This document shows, piece after piece, positions 63,865 through 64,000 of a stretch of 64,000 nt of DNA. The first letter of the stretch is position 1; each line of letters begins with the position of its first letter. The stretch covers positions 4,583-68,582 of the forward strand of contig DASYRN010000195.1 of assembly GCA_036004365.1 (NCBI GenBank). The letters run 5' to 3'. The DNA is from Candidatus Binatia bacterium (GTDB taxonomy: Bacteria > Desulfobacterota > Binatia > UBA9968). The position numbers and the translations under genes are program-made. The notes beneath the pieces were generated by a model. The model ran no database searches. It saw only the letters and a list, made by a program, of their open reading frames with translations, and was not told the origin of the DNA.

Positions 63865-64000
63865 CAGTCTGTCTCCTGTGCGATTTCGATCACCAGCTCG
63901 CCTGTGGATACGACCTTAACTCGATCCTGTGGCAATACCACCGTGGTCGAGGCGGCCTCTTCAACGATTGCCGGCCCTTCCAGCCGTGCCCCTGGTGCCA
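63864..64000 (-). CDS. hyuA: hydantoinase A / oxoprolinase family protein (HyuA-like), C-terminal fragment at the window edge
   Basis: The minus-strand frame reads ...GARLEGPAIVEEAASTTVVLPQDRVKVVSTGELVIEIAQETD, then a stop. The TGA overlaps the hyuB ATG by 1 nt (TGATG). Confidence 0.55.
   Translation of the reverse strand, partial: APGARLEGPAIVEEAASTTVVLPQDRVKVVSTGELVIEIAQETD

Noticed and set aside
1-64000. CRISPR arrays, transposases, integrases, phage structural genes, toxin-antitoxin pairs
   Set aside because: No short spaced direct-repeat arrays, no DDE/tyrosine-recombinase-like ORFs and no recognisable TA or phage modules were seen on either strand.

Overview
This window is 64 kb of a high-GC (about 60%) bacterial chromosome, densely coded on both strands, with roughly 65 protein genes and one tRNA-Leu(CAA). 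No CRISPR array, transposase, integrase or phage structural genes are recognisable.

Content, start to end:
- an F420 biosynthesis operon (cofG-cofD-cofC-cofE plus an F420:NADPH oxidoreductase), with no cofH in the window;
- a periplasmic copper locus: secreted rhodanese, CopC, and a CopD fused to a cytochrome c and a cysteine-less redoxin-like domain;
- DUF488, a ClpP-like SDH-family serine protease and a J-domain/zinc-ribbon protein;
- polA;
- a low-GC two-gene islet abutting the tRNA;
- three molybdoenzyme loci: an IorAB-type aldehyde oxidoreductase, a SorAB-type sulfite dehydrogenase with its cytochrome c, and an orphan xanthine-dehydrogenase-family large subunit;
- an LLM-class (probably F420-dependent) oxidoreductase;
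- a sensor histidine kinase;
- nitroreductase, MsrA, GST, a PflX-like radical SAM, an FGE-domain protein, a hydantoinase hyuA/hyuB pair;
- several solute-binding proteins and an MFS transporter.

Structure the ORF track does not explain:
- six frame disruptions that all sit in mononucleotide runs, so probably sequencing error rather than pseudogenes;
- a three-copy promoter-like family (CCCCTTGACG-N18-TATTTTAGGGCC);
- a two-copy promoter/operator family with a conserved spacer core (GGGAATGATTGARGCTATA);
- two textbook sigma-54 -24/-12 elements, one driving an unannotated 43-aa hydrophobic peptide ORF and one in front of the histidine kinase;
- roughly 85-bp imperfect direct repeats that duplicate the 3' end of the MFS gene and bracket a small solute-binding gene, a footprint of insertion;
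- a recent 269-bp tandem duplication of a UPF0391 micro-membrane-protein gene, each copy with its own promoter;
- an unannotated 27-aa hydrophobic ORF inside a cluster of small envelope proteins;
- a 125-bp nested palindromic intergenic element.

All functional calls come from motif and domain recognition by eye. No database search was possible.
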